64,000 nt of DNA from Spironucleus salmonicida (taxonomy: Eukaryota). The position numbers were made by a program, and so were the translations under genes. Shown piece after piece: positions 41,001-54,086 of this stretch. The stretch lies in contig NC_090601.1 of NCBI RefSeq assembly GCF_000497125.1, positions 1,302,001-1,366,000 of the forward strand, read 5' to 3'. The first letter of the stretch is position 1, and each line of letters begins with the position of its first letter. The notes beneath the pieces are model-generated. The model searched no databases. It saw only the letters and a list, made by a program, of their open reading frames with translations, and was not told the DNA's origin.

Positions 41001-42396
41001 TCCTCTGGTAGGTTCAGGGGGCAGCACGCTCTTCCTCTGGTAGGTTCAGGGGGGCAGCACGCTCTTCCTCTGGTAGATTCAGGAGGGCAGCACGCTCTTG
41101 CTCTGGTAGGTTCAGCAACGCAGCACGCTCTTCCTATATACTATTATTATCGGAGACATCATCATGATCATAATCAATTATGAAGGTATTAATAAATAGA
41201 TCCTTTAACTATAGATCAATATTCTACATTTTATTTACTAATGGCTATATCTCTTCATTACTGCGATTATCTATAACCTCATGTAATTTTAAGTTTACTT
41301 TAGAAATGGTGAAATTATCTTCAAAATCTTAAGATGGATGACAGCTAATTTGTCTTTTTTCTTAAATTACATATGAATCATCATCCTATAATTCGGAAAT
41401 AGATTATAAAGAAGAATTTTATTTAATGCTATTTATAGCTGAATATGTGTTAGGAACGAGCTGAAAATTTTTACGTTAAGGTTTCTAAAACTAATTTTAG
41501 TCTATTAAATTTAAGCTAGATGATAAAGAAGGAAAATTTTATATCTGATTTTACTACTTTTTATTATCTATTAACTTAATGTATGTTTCTTGTAAATTAT
41601 CACATGCAGCTGCATATTCATTTAGCATGAATTAAATATCGATACTATTTTCATGTTAGTTTTGAATGTTTTAAAACTCACTTTATTAATCTAGTTAAAA
41701 TTTAACTATAGATTCAATAATTAAGTTTGTTGCTTTTTAATTACTGAAATATTTATGTTATAAATTTTCAAAATTTTATATACATTTTTGCGTTCCATGA
41801 AGTTCTGAAACAAAATATCTAGAACTCCTTGTTGTCCCAGAAGTTAACAATTTCGAAACGTCCATACTCGACAGCTAAGAGCTTAATAGACCATTTCTTG
41901 CTCCTAAGCTTTTAATATTCTAATGTTTATGTTTCTTTGATTTATAGAGTTTAGATACTTATTCTAGGATGAGTAACATAAATTCTGTTGGTAAAACTTT
42001 TTATAAGTCCCGTTCTTTATCCTATTATATACCAACTGACTATCTGGTTAATTAGTACATTACATGTCTTTTATATCTCATCCAGTTATAAATATCTTAT
42101 AATTTTTCTAAATCCGTGGGAGGAGAATATAATTGCTCATAATCTATTAGGATTTAGTTTCCCTTTATAATTTCCATAATTACGCCCAAAATATCAACAT
42201 TCCAAACAATTTTTGTGTCATTATTACAACTAAACTCTTAAACGAAATCATATAATTCTTTCAGCTATTTTTACTAAGGTAGAATGTTAAGCAATAATGT
42301 ACACTATGTTTACAATATTTTTAGAAATTTTTCTGCCTTATTCTCATTTAGCTCTTCGGTATTGTTGTCAAAAAAGGTAGTTTAGTATTTATGCAT
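38079..42396 (-). CDS. Tail-anchored protein with ~77 x 11-aa repeats (EEERAALLNLP); apparent frameshifts at ~40390-41060
   Basis: ATG 42396 frame enters the repeat in frame at ~41134; frame of track ORF 38511-40601 continues through TAA=Gln to C-terminal TM VTVASIIVIITIMLASLL-TGA. Confidence 0.7.
38575..41134. repeat. 33-bp coding tandem repeat array (~2.56 kb, ~77 units)
   Basis: Unit CTCTTCCTCTGGTAGGTTCAGCAACGCAGCACG with recurrent variants (CTCTTGCTCTGATAAGTTCAGGAAGTTAGCACG, ...GGAGGGCAGCACG); indel-bearing units at ~40390-41060. Confidence 0.97.
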
Positions 42397-42511
42397 TGTA
42401 ATTTTCTAAAGTTGCTTTATCCATTATAACAATATATAACGAACTCATAAAAATAGAAATCTATTTTTATTATCTATTTTATTATACATTATTATCTATT
42501 TAACTTACTAC

Positions 42512-42982
42512 ATGCGTCATTTAAAATATCTGATTGCAAATCAGCTAAAAACTCCCACACGGCGCAACATGTTTAACTTTACCAAAGTGCAGTTTGAACT
42601 AGACTAAAATATTGTGGAATAGCTTAATTTAAAGATCGTAAATGTAACCGATTTACACTTTAGTACACTCAATAAGCCACCGAACGCAATTTTACGGTTC
42701 ATACGTGCATTTAAACGACTTAAAAATAACTCCCATATCGTTAGTTTGGATCATGTCGATTTTTAAGTTACACCTCCTGCAAAATGCACGGATCAAAAAG
42801 TGATTTAAAAGACATAATAATATTATGAATTTCGAAAGTCATAAACAAGGCAGCAGAGAGTAAAAATTCTCGAGTAGATTGAATTCGATGTCCATATTGG
42901 ATGCATTCGCAATCAGCCTGTCACATATCGATACCGCGAGGTCTCCTAAATTTTGAAAAATTACAAAGACAAACTATTCTGA
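42512..42982 (+). CDS. Hypothetical protein (~156 aa)
   Basis: Open frame from ATG 42512; stop lies 2 nt from the convergent gene's stop. Confidence 0.5.
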
Positions 42983-42984
42983 GA

Positions 42985-43884
42985 TCACTGCATTCTAGTT
43001 TTGTTTCGCATCATCTCCTCACAGGCTGCTCTTCTGGCATTCTATGCATCATTTTAGTTGAAAAACAGCTTCCGTCCGTCTAATGAATTTGGATTTTTAC
43101 AGTCAAATTTCGTGATCGGAAAATTATGAAGAATAGTCTCGTAGTTGCTCTAATTGGATATTGATGGTTTCTTAATAGCTTCAATTTTTTCTATTCCAAA
43201 ATCAAGTGCAGATTGTCTCGGCTGGTGGTGTACTGTTTGTTTTGGTACACATTCGCCGTTCCATAAATCCGATTTTTGGAAGTCTATATTTATTTTTGGT
43301 TATGTTACTTGCTTTTCTAAGGTCTGTACATTTTCGTTTCTTTTCTTGCCATATATTAATTGCTGCTCCTATCCAGGCTTTTATGGTATTAATTTTTTGA
43401 CAATTTCGCGGATTTACATATCCGTGGTGATCCCTGCCCGGTTGTTGAGATCTCTTGGAGCTGCTAAGACTCTATGATAGGGTTATTGTTCCGTTGTTTA
43501 CGCATTTTTGTAAACTTTTTACTTGGGGGGTGGTATTTCCGCAGAAAATAAATCAGATTTTAAGTAATTGTTAGTTTTTTGGGAATGGATTTATGCTCCA
43601 AATGGATCTGACGCTGGCTAATTAGAGGAGTTATATTTTCTCGGTTTTTCAGTTTCTGATGTGAAAACTGAGTTTGAATTAGTATTTAATGGATGCGCTT
43701 TATGTGGGATCGGACCAGGAGACGAAAAAATTGTTTGGTGTGACTATACAGTTGATGGTTTATCTTTTGAAACAATTTGATGAGATTACTTAAAGGTATC
43801 TACGTCCTATGCTGTGTAAAGTGACTATAATCTCTAGGCATAGCCAGGTACTGGAGGAGGCTGTGAGGCATGGAATACTTTCAT
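42985..43884 (-). CDS. Hypothetical low-complexity protein (~299 aa)
   Basis: ATG preceded by C-rich CACCGCCC; open frame; ends CAG TGA. Confidence 0.65.
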
Positions 43885-44050
43885 ATTTTAAAAAGGGCGG
43901 TGATTAGCAATAATATAATTATAATATGATTAAAAGTCTAGTATATTAAAAGATTGGATTATGTAATTATTTATATAATTTATTGTTTTTGCGATCCAAG
44001 AAACTATTTCACAAGTATCGAATTCAATATTTTTAAGCATAAAGTAAAAA

Positions 44051-44491
44051 ATGAACAAACTAAAAAGATCTTCATTCTTCTTTACTGAAAAAAGCAGTTC
44101 TAACTTAATTCACCTACCATTCATTGATAGATCAAAATACAGGTACATTATAGCGTCACCTTTCCTCAAAGAACGCGAAGATAAATTCATAAATTAATAA
44201 AGCGAAATGGCACAACTAGCCCTGGAAGAGCTCAAACGCCGTCAGCTCTAGAATACTGAGCCAATCCATCCATTGCACAATTTTCCATGGGAACCTACTT
44301 TTAAGAACTTGACACCAGAATGGTTATGTGGATGTCTTACTTCACAAACAGCTGTTTAGTGCTTGGCAAGCAAAAAAGGTGCATACAAAATAATGCTTTA
44401 TTTTGAAAGGCTAAAGAAGGACATAATGTTGAAGGCAGAAATCAAGGCCAAGAACAAGAATAAAAACAGCATATTATTGCTAACGAAGTGA
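44051..44491 (+). CDS. Hypothetical protein (~146 aa)
   Basis: Open frame; ends AAG TGA. Confidence 0.6.
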
Positions 44492-44980
44492 ACTATAATT
44501 AAATATTATTTTAAAAAATATTTTAGAAGTTGTATTTATATGGCTAAAATGCGAAATTTGGAATTTACGTAATTTTCAAAGTCTAAAAATTGAATTGAAT
44601 TGAATTTCAATATGAATATAAAAATGAATAAAAACTGATAATGTGAATATTTTTCATTTAATGACATTTAATATAAACAAATGTGTATCTAGATATATTT
44701 CTGATAAATCATTCCAATAATGAGTTTATATAACACTTATGATTATCCTAATACATTTTATTTATTCGTTTTGTGAGTATTCAATATTATCTGACAAAAT
44801 TACAACGCATGCTATTCAATTTCATCTTTACCTCTCAACTGTAGGAACCTTATTGTCTTCCAGATCATATTCAAATTATATTATACTATAATATAACTTT
44901 ACTAAATAATTTATACTAAAAAACCTTAGAAATTATTATTTCCATAGATATATATAATTCATATAAAATTCATCTTAAAA

Positions 44981-45805
44981 ATGGGCGTCCCCAGTTCCAT
45001 TCCAGAAAACTCCGTAGAGATGCTACATTATCACCTAGAGCTTGATAACTTTAAATCAGCAACAATAATGATACCAGATTTTTTATAAACGTGTCAGGAG
45101 ACGTCCCGTACGACGTCACTCATGATCGCAGCACGCCGTAACAGTCTAAATATGATAGAGTTACTTATGGATGAACTAAAAATGCAAGATTGTAACGGTT
45201 AAACCGCCTTGCATAAGGCTCTTATTTTTAACAAACCAGAGGCTGCTAAGCTTCTGCTGGCGGAACGCGACATCCCAGATAAGTCTAACTCGACACCCCT
45301 TCACTTCGCAGCAATGTCAGGATGTTTGGAGCTCATAAAAGAACTTAAAACTGAGAAAATATGTTTCGATGATCTTTAGCGGACACCACTTATGAAGGCT
45401 GCGATGTACCGCAAACTTGAAAGTGTTTAATTACTTACAAATCAGTGTGGTTTATAAGATGATAATGGTCTCACAGCATGTGCTTTGGCAGCACAAAGAG
45501 GGTATCCAGAAATTGTCAAAGAACTTATTTCTGAAGAAGGAGGAATTGTCGACGGGATGGGGAGAAGTTTGGTCTAAGTTGCAGAATAAAGCGATTAGTA
45601 TATGATGGTGGTATTCCTAATGAATGGATGCGAGGGATTTAAAGATGGGAAATATAATAAGGAACTAAATGTTAAAGGAAACGAACTGAAATTATAAGCT
45701 GAGTAGAGGAAATAGGAGAAGACTGACGATGGAGACTCTAGTGGGAATGGAAATCCAAGTATAATAGGCAATTAGAGCGTTCGAAGCATGGATGGTAGTG
45801 CATGA
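44981..45805 (+). CDS. Ankyrin-repeat protein (diplomonad protein-21.1-like, ~274 aa), possible N-myristoylation
   Basis: TSLMIAA, DCNGQTALHKA, STPLHFAA, RTPLMKAA, DDNGLTACALAA; starts MGVPSS (MGxxxS). Confidence 0.85.
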
Positions 45806-45861
45806 GTTTTATTTTTTATTTTTTCATTTCACTTTAATCTCCACTTTAATAATTAAATTAA

Positions 45862-46578
45862 ATGGAAGGTTTTAAAAATCGCCCAGATTGCTAGTCTAAA
45901 GCATACTAGAGGTTTAGGCATCGCCCACATTCAAATCCATTAGCAGATAATAATATACCTTTACCTGCTGTCAATGCCGATGAATTTCCCTATAATGATT
46001 TTTATCCTGAACAAAATTTCTCTTCATTTTCTTTAATTGATATAGGATGTGGTTATGGAGATTTTATTTGTAAAATGGCTAGTGAATATTCTTAAAAATC
46101 CTTCCTAGGCCTTGAAATTCGTGATAAGGCAGCTGCTATTGCCCAGCAATAAATTATTGATAAAAGAGAAACCGAGAGCTGCTTACTGAATGCTGCTGTT
46201 CTTCGATGTAATGTTATGAGACAATTGCCTATTTTAGTATCTAAAGGGTCAGTAGAAGCATTTTCTATTATGTTTGCTGATCCTCAATTTAAATAGTAAA
46301 ATAAAAGAAGAAGAGTTTTAACACAAAGTTTTGCTATAGAATTATAGTATTATTTGTAAAGTAAAGGGCTAATTTTGTGTTGTACTGATGTTTAAGAACT
46401 TAGTGAAGCTATGGACGAAGGTGTCAAAGAATCAGGGCTCTTTGAAAAAATTGATACTTAAGATGGGTTATGCGCTTCATTTCTTAAACATTTAAATTAG
46501 ACTGCTGATGCATAGAGGCATTTAAGAAAAGATGATGATAAAACTATTTATGTCAGTGTCTGGAAAAAATTGATTTGA
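45862..46578 (+). CDS. TRM8: tRNA (guanine-N7)-methyltransferase catalytic subunit (~238 aa)
   Basis: RHRPHSNPLAD, DIGCGYG (SAM motif I), LGLEIR, LRCNVM, FADPQFK, CTDV. Confidence 0.9.
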
Positions 46579-46597
46579 AATATTTCACTCATTCCGA

Positions 46598-46855
46598 TCA
46601 GATATCAGATAGCGTATCATCATTTGGAACTGTATATATTCCAGAGTCAAAGTCTAGCTAAAAGTCGTAATCTTGAAAGCAGTCTAATATCGAAGGCTCC
46701 AAATAAGATAATTGCTACAAATATTTTTTCGGTATCAATGACTAAATATCTACTTCATAATCATCCTTTTCAAATATATCACTGCTCATCCCTCGATCAT
46801 TTTCAAACATATCCATAACTGTGTGAAAGCTAATGTTTTCTTGGGATGATCCCAT
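46598..46855 (-). CDS. Small acidic hypothetical protein (~85 aa)
   Basis: MGSSQENISF...; open frame; AGTGA ~10 nt after the stop. Confidence 0.4.
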
Positions 46856-47422
46856 ATTTTGGAAATAAATATTATCAGCATATTATTTTATTGTTTAATT
46901 ATTACATTAAATATTGTGGTTTATTGAGTGTAGATAAAAATTCTTGTTTTAGTATATTATTATAAAATATACTTAATTAGTAAAAACTGAAACCAAAAAT
47001 TAGTAACAATAATACCTTATAAGACCTAATAAGCTAATTATAGTAGCCGAAACTATTAAATCTTAAGATAATCTCTTACTTCAGTAACTCACTAATGTGA
47101 TACATACGATAAAATGATACTATAAGCATAAATCATTTTTATTTTATCGAGTCAGAACGTTTACCGCGCAAAGTAGAGTTTTCCCTTTTATTACTTAATT
47201 TAGTTTATTAAACATATTATTAATCTGCAATTTATAAATTTCAGATCTCCCTTACTTAACTCTATATCATACTGTATTACTTCATATAAACATACGTTAA
47301 CAATTTTTCCTTTACACTCCTCATTTCCACTTCCTTAGTTTAAGTTCACTTATAGAGCATAAATTTTGACCCACTCACGTAATAAACGTTATTATTAGTA
47401 ATACCATAACAATATATCACTC

Positions 47423-48031
47423 TCATTTAGTAAATTTAATGACAAAAATTATTATAAAGCTAACTATTACCACGATGATCATGGCAGTTTGAATAAGGCA
47501 ATGCTTATTTTCAGTCGCAGCAACTTTTAATGCTAAACCACCACCCTTTGTGAATATGCTTCCCACACCTTTTGCTCGGCCCTAAAGATCCTCAATTTAT
47601 CCGTTTTGGCGTGCTAATTCATTGTTCATGTTATCAACAGTCTCCTTTCCTTATGTAAGGTTAGATTAAATCACATTTTTAAGGCCTTATACCTCTTCTA
47701 CATCCGTATAGAGGTCACTAGCTACGTTCTCTGAAGCACTTAGAGCCTAGAATTATTTCACGTGAAGGATCGAATCAATGATGGATGTCTATTATTGGAT
47801 GAACATTTATTGAGCCGTCACAAGCTCTTACTGTGTGGGTAAGTGTAGGTTGATTAAGTTAGTAACATTCATCTGTTTAATAGTACTTTAAAGTAGTTTC
47901 TAAGACTATTGAAGACAGTCATCAGCTGCTTCAGCTGGTTCGAAATCTCGTGTATTTGTAGCTTCTTGCAGCAGTTTTTTGATCTTGAGATGCAGAGATA
48001 TTATCTGTTCAAATGTCTATGGTATATTCAT
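47423..48031 (-). CDS. Qb-type SNARE (Vti1/membrin-like, ~202 aa)
   Basis: SNARE motif QGKETVDNMNNELARQNGQIEDL then C-terminal TM MIIVVIVSFIIIFVIKF. Confidence 0.7.
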
Positions 48032-48164
48032 TTTGATGGTATTTGATATTGGTATATAATAAATATGCTCACACATATAATTATATTCGATTAATATTAA
48101 CGATAATGTGGTACTATTATTTATATCGTGTTTAGTATGTTTGCAAACAAAATGTAATTTATTC

Positions 48165-48479
48165 TCACTACATATCTACACCTGAATTCCTATAGGACTA
48201 TATTCCATTTGGATCAAATCGAAGCTCGATAACCTCTTCCTACTCATATTCAATAGGCAATGAATTTTCTATTGACATCTCTATGGATAGTCGCTGCTTT
48301 TTATCTGTGTATATAACTGAATTTTACGAGAATAACATGTTAACATTACAATCAGCTTTGTCAATCTTATATGAGCTGCTCTTTGATGAGACAAATATTT
48401 TGGATCCAATTATATTAGCCTAACTCATATATTCTCTTTTGAAGAAGAGCCCTTAAAACTTCACCTTACACGTTCTCAT
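48165..48479 (-). CDS. Small hypothetical protein (~104 aa)
   Basis: Open frame from ATG 48479; ends TAG TGA. Confidence 0.5.
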
Positions 48480-49507
48480 TTCAAAATTAACTGATCATTT
48501 TATTATATGCTTTTATATAATCCTAGTTAAAACTACTATTAAAATAATTTCTCTATAATTACTTATAACAGATAATAACATTAGTTATTCGACCTAAGAA
48601 TATAAGTTTATAATAAACCAAAATAATACTTTTTATTAAATGTATATGTCTAACTTAAAAATAGTAAAATAGTAAAAATAAACTAATGCAGGTGAATTAA
48701 AAATTAATTTAAGTCATGTAAATTTAAATAGATATATATAAAATAATAGTTAACTATCGATTTTTATTATTATATATTTAATTTACAATATAAAAAATAT
48801 AATAATCTAAAGTTTAGGTAACGAGAAATCGAATATTTGTTGATTTAACTGTATTTTAGTGATAAAATATATTTAAAAAACTAGGTATCTAATATTGTAA
48901 CCTGCTAATAAAATTTCATTAATCAAGTATTTTCATTTTAGTTAATTTGGTATTTTTAATTTGTACGAGATGTTGTAATCATCATGTATGTTGATTTTAT
49001 TATTATCAATGACACTATTATATTACTATAATTGTCCTGAGATTTAAGAAATTTCGAATATGATGATAAATTATAGCGTAACTATTTTTAGTCACTAAAG
49101 TATGAATTATTTCTAATAACAGTAATAAGAAAACTATTTTCCTAAATATGATTATGCATATATTAAGATATTTTTGAAATATCTTTAAGTATATAGTGAA
49201 AATAGTTAGCTATATATCTTATCTAGAAAATTTGTGTTGTAATTTCAATTTTCATCAAATCTTATATTATTTTATGGTAAAATTTTATATGTACAATATA
49301 AATCAAAATTCACTAGACGAAGTGACTACTTCGTTCAAATTTTGATAATAGTTGCCTACAAGAGACTTATTTATATTCTTTGACAGCTTAATCCTAAATG
49401 ACAATGACGTAGTATCCGATCCTTCTACTTATTTCATATTGAAATAATGGGATTCAAAACAAATTATACTAATATTATTGTATATATTCTAGAAATATAT
49501 TGAAAAA

Positions 49508-51190
49508 ATGAAACTTAATTCGAATGTGTCTAAAAAGTTAAACATATTAAAGCATACACCTGGCTGTGATTCTTGCAAATTATCTGTAGCATAAGACTTA
49601 TCATATTTTATTATTGGTATTAAGGATAAATTAGACTAGTTGTAGCTAACTTGTAGCTTTCGTTAATATCTACCTGCTTCTAAAAATGTTCCATCAATCC
49701 CTATAAGTAAATGTAAAATTTGTGGGCGAAACTAACTTTTTTCATGCCTATCTTAAGTTATAGAAGAAATATCAGAAGAATGGTTTTTTAATCTAATTTC
49801 CTCAATTTTACATATTTAATTTAAAGATTTATCAAAAAAAGTTTGGTAGCTATTAGATTTATGCAAATAGATTGATGTCAAAAGAATACAAAGTGATAAA
49901 CCACTCATTGAAAACATTTAAATATAAACAGATGACGCCGAAGTAGGATATAAAAATAATTTTAATAGAATAGCACATATAGTAAATTGTAGCTCTTTAC
50001 AGCCTGAAACAGTAATAAGAAGCATTGAGAATCTTATTAAAGATCTTAAAGTACATTAGGAGACTGATTACTCTAAAATTATTAATAATTAGGAAGAAAT
50101 TATTTTGCAGGTATAAAATGAGGTATAACAATTACAGTAATAAGTGCGAATAAATTATAGCTTATTTTAATAAGAGAAAAAAAATAATTATTCATAAGAA
50201 GTTATGAAGTTGTAAAATAAACTTAAAACCAAAGACGAATAAATGGAAAAGCTGCATAAATCTTAAACTTTTAACGAAAGAAAAACTCTTCTTAACGAAT
50301 TTGCTCGTTCATAAAGGCCTTTATCATCAATTGATGAATTTAAAAAATCATTCTCACCAAGAAAACTTATAAGCCCTCTTTCTCATTCATAGAATAAAGA
50401 TAAGGAAGAATATTAACCTAACAATAAATATTAAAAACAAGTAAACATACTTCAATAGGAAAACAATCGACTTTATTAATAAAATTCAATATTTGAATAA
50501 AAATTATAATAATTAGAGAAATAAAGATATTCATCTGCCAAAACAATTACTTTTGCCCAATCAGTTGCCAAAAATGTATAAATTGATTAAAAAATTATCA
50601 AAACATAGACTTCGGTAATAAATGATTAATCATAGGAAATCACACTTTTTAAAGATAATATTCATGTTTTAATGTAATAAATAGTTTCTCTTCATATAAA
50701 CTTATCAGAAACACGTAAGAATTAATTTTTTTCTATAAAATATAACACAGATGCATCAACTTATGTTAAAATATTTAAAAAAATACTTAATTAATTAAAT
50801 ATTTCATAATATACATAAGAATAAATCTCAGATCATTTTCTGTCAGTTTTAGAATTTATGAGCTCAGAAGAGATTGTTAATAAATTTACTGAATTCTCTG
50901 GAGTATAATCTCTTGATTTATGTAATATCAAAAGCATGTTTAGCGAAAGCACAGAAATATACATTGTAAGTATTATGAAGGATTATAAAACATTATCCCT
51001 GATTAAAAATTTAGCATCAGTCGATGGCTTTATGTATGATTTCATGTATCCAGTTGATCTTTAATTTAATGTTGTTTGTGCAATTTTATGTATTTTTGGT
51101 CTAAAGCCACTTTGCAAAAAAGGGTATGGTATACCTTGGTTAGTTGGTGATAATGGTAGTTTTGAAGGTGTTGAGTGTGAAGTTTTATGA
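49508..51190 (+). CDS. Coiled-coil protein with N-terminal CxxC pairs and possible divergent TLDc-like C-terminus (~560 aa)
   Basis: CDSC and CKIC near N-term, long Q/K-rich coil, C-term WLVGDNGSFEGVECEVL; domain identity by eye only. Confidence 0.55.
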
Positions 51191-51358
51191 ACTAATCATC
51201 TGTAAATTAAAAACTTCATAAATATCTATTAGATGTAGCAAATGCAGTATATATTGAGATTATATAAAATATTACTATTTTATCATATAATTTTCGTATT
51301 ATACGAAATTTCTGGTAATTCTGTCACCCCTGCTGAACGTATTATTATACTCAATCTA

Positions 51359-51802
51359 TCACTCTTCTATCTCGGCTCTGATGTCCTCTATCTCCTTCCT
51401 GGAGACGAAGAGGTCGTGGTCCAGCTCGAGCAGTACCGACCTAGCTAGGGTCCACAGTGCTTTCTCAGCAAGGCCGAACCGCTGCGCAAGGGTCTCAGCT
51501 ATGCCGTCCTGGTCCCGGGTGGAGGTTGAGGCCAGCAGGAGTACGACCGGGATGGTAAGTCGGTGGGCTTGCAGTTCGGCGCTCAGCCTGGTGAAGAATA
51601 CTGCGGACACCAAGAGCATGTCCGTACCGAAATTCGACTCCGCGAACCGCAGCATTTCGGATACCTGGGACTAGAGCTTGGGGTTCGGCGCCTGAACGAG
51701 TGATTGCAACTGCACATGGATCTGCAGATTCCGCCCTTCTCGCACCTAGTGCCGTGCCGCTGTCGCCAGCTTGTTGGTAAATTGTCCGTAGGAGCAGTCC
51801 AT
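51359..51802 (-). CDS. Divergent cyclin, Pho80/P-type cyclin-box-like (~147 aa)
   Basis: LLVSAVFFTRL...VVLLLAS...D...LAQRFGL....LWTL.RSVLLELDHDLFVS resembles the P-cyclin box pattern; ends GAG TGA. Confidence 0.55.
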
Positions 51803-52377
51803 TTTTAGTAAGAAATCACTCTTCAAATATACACTAATTAAGTATATTGTAATTTATTTAGTTTAAGATATATCTAATATCATTTTTATCTACTAAATAA
51901 TAGAATTGCTTGTTTCTTGTTTATAAAGAATATGATTAACTTGTTATTTTATACCAATATTATTGAGATAAGTTAATTACCGATATATACCAGTTTCTAG
52001 ATTTATTGAGAAGTAAAATATCGAAATAAGACATAATACCGAATGTATATGTTTTTAAAAACATATACAGTTTTATTAAATCAATGATTTATCATTTAAG
52101 TTAGATGTAACAATAATATTAATACAATAACTACTGCGAAGCTAATAATTTTAAATTATTAGTAACTCCTCGGTAAGTGAATTGGTTTTAAAAATGAATA
52201 TATAATAATATTTATTAAAAGTAATAATAATTAATATTTTAACATTTGAATAATAAATCTTTGCATTATAAGTAATCTCATGGATCAATAGATAATTGTT
52301 AATGGGAGCCGGACGAAGTTAATATAGATGAATAACTGAAAACTTTAGTATGAAAACTATAGAGTGAAAGCAAACTT

Positions 52378-53274
52378 TCAGTGCTCTGTTCCCTCTTCTG
52401 GAACTGCATCATGAACAGGAGATTCAACACTTTCAGGTTTTTTATAAACCTTCGTGTAGTAATAAAACTAACATAATATTACAACGTCAAGTGAAACTGG
52501 AACAAATGCTGCCAGGAAATACGGAATTTGGTCATATGATGAGGAAATGTTGGCTGAATCAAAAATATAAATGCTTGCCGTTGAAAGGCAAAGCTAAGAG
52601 AGCTATGTAACATTAGCCGCTATAGTGATACAGAACATAACGACAGAGAGTCCTTCCACCGACTTTCTTTTATAATTCAAAGCTATCTAAAACGGCCTTG
52701 TCAGACAGTAAAATGGTACAGTGGCATAACCTAACACCAAGCCTATAATATTTCGAGTTTTCGATATTACGGGAGTGCTGCACTCGGTGAAAACCCCAGT
52801 TGTAGAGGTGAAAAGCTAACCTTATAGGACTCCGATGGTAATCAGAAGCGAGATAACATATGCGAAGATCATCCCATAAATGATACCTTCTTACAAGTTA
52901 ACTTTTATTGACCGTGAGATAGGTGTTTTCTTAGAGTAGAAAATCTACTAAAATATCATCATAATATCCATTGATATCCAAATTGCTGCTAATATTTTTT
53001 AAGTAAATAGTAAATCTAGAATAAACACAGAAATTAAATTCAATGCATCTCCAGACACCAGAAAGAGTATAAAGCCCCATGACATACCACCTGATGACTT
53101 TATAAGATACTGCTCCCTAATTTGAGGGTAATTTGCGACAACCCAGCAAAATAGAGAAAGCCACCCAAAAATGAATTGGGCATAATCTAGATTGTTGTAC
53201 TTGCAGTCGCCAAAAGCTGCATTAATGAAGGCATTTGCATCAGCTCCACTTTGTTTTGCGCATCTGCAAGGCAT
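52378..53274 (-). CDS. PQ-loop membrane transporter (PQLC2/LAAT1-like, ~298 aa)
   Basis: GWLSLFCW..ANYPQI..Y..KSSGGMS..F....SGD and second repeat RPFQIALNYKRKSVEGLS. Confidence 0.85.
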
Positions 53275-54086
53275 TATAAAATACTTAAGTTAAGAAATTA
53301 TATCTAGAATATATATTAAAAATAAGCATAAAGTATGAAAATTACATTTTTATCTATTAATGATTATAATAATTAGTTTTTTAAGTTTATTCATTTATAT
53401 ATATTAATAATATATGTTTAATTATGGGTTTTAAAAATAATTAAAATTTTATTCTTACTTTAGCTTTAATTCATAAATAATAGTTAATATTAGTTTAGGT
53501 AAAATCTCACAAAATATATAAGTGTATAATCTATGAATAATTTATATATATAATTTTTAATATAAATTACGTATTTATACTAAATACAAATTTCAATATA
53601 ATAACTAATTTATCTGTAATAATTGAATTTTTTAATATAAATATATTAAAATTATTATATAATTATTAAAGTATTTTTTATTTTATTCATCAATTACGTT
53701 TTTTACATAGTTTTTAAATACGAGAACTTATAGAATTCTAATTTTCACGCTATTCAGCTCGCTTTGAACAGGTTGTAAATTGATAACTGTTATACTGAAA
53801 ATTTTATCGCACTCAAAGAAGCGCCTATGCTAACTAACTACCTAAATTGCCTTATTTCATGATTTTGCAACCTTTTTACAAATTAGCGCATATTTGTTCA
53901 TTCTATTACTATAATTACAGCCAATAAGCTGCATATTTAGTGGAAATTCCGTGTATTTTGAACATAGATCCTTAAAATACCATGCTATGCTTTCGCTAGA
54001 AAATAAACCCACAATTTTGCAGGGCCTGGCGCACTACTAGCGCATCTGATCGCTACATTACGCCAGCAACATCCCAAGCGAAATAA

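Noticed and set aside
38575-41134. Possible CRISPR array
   Set aside because: Units are head-to-tail with no unique spacers, are codon-multiple in length and lie in a eukaryotic CDS; no cas genes.
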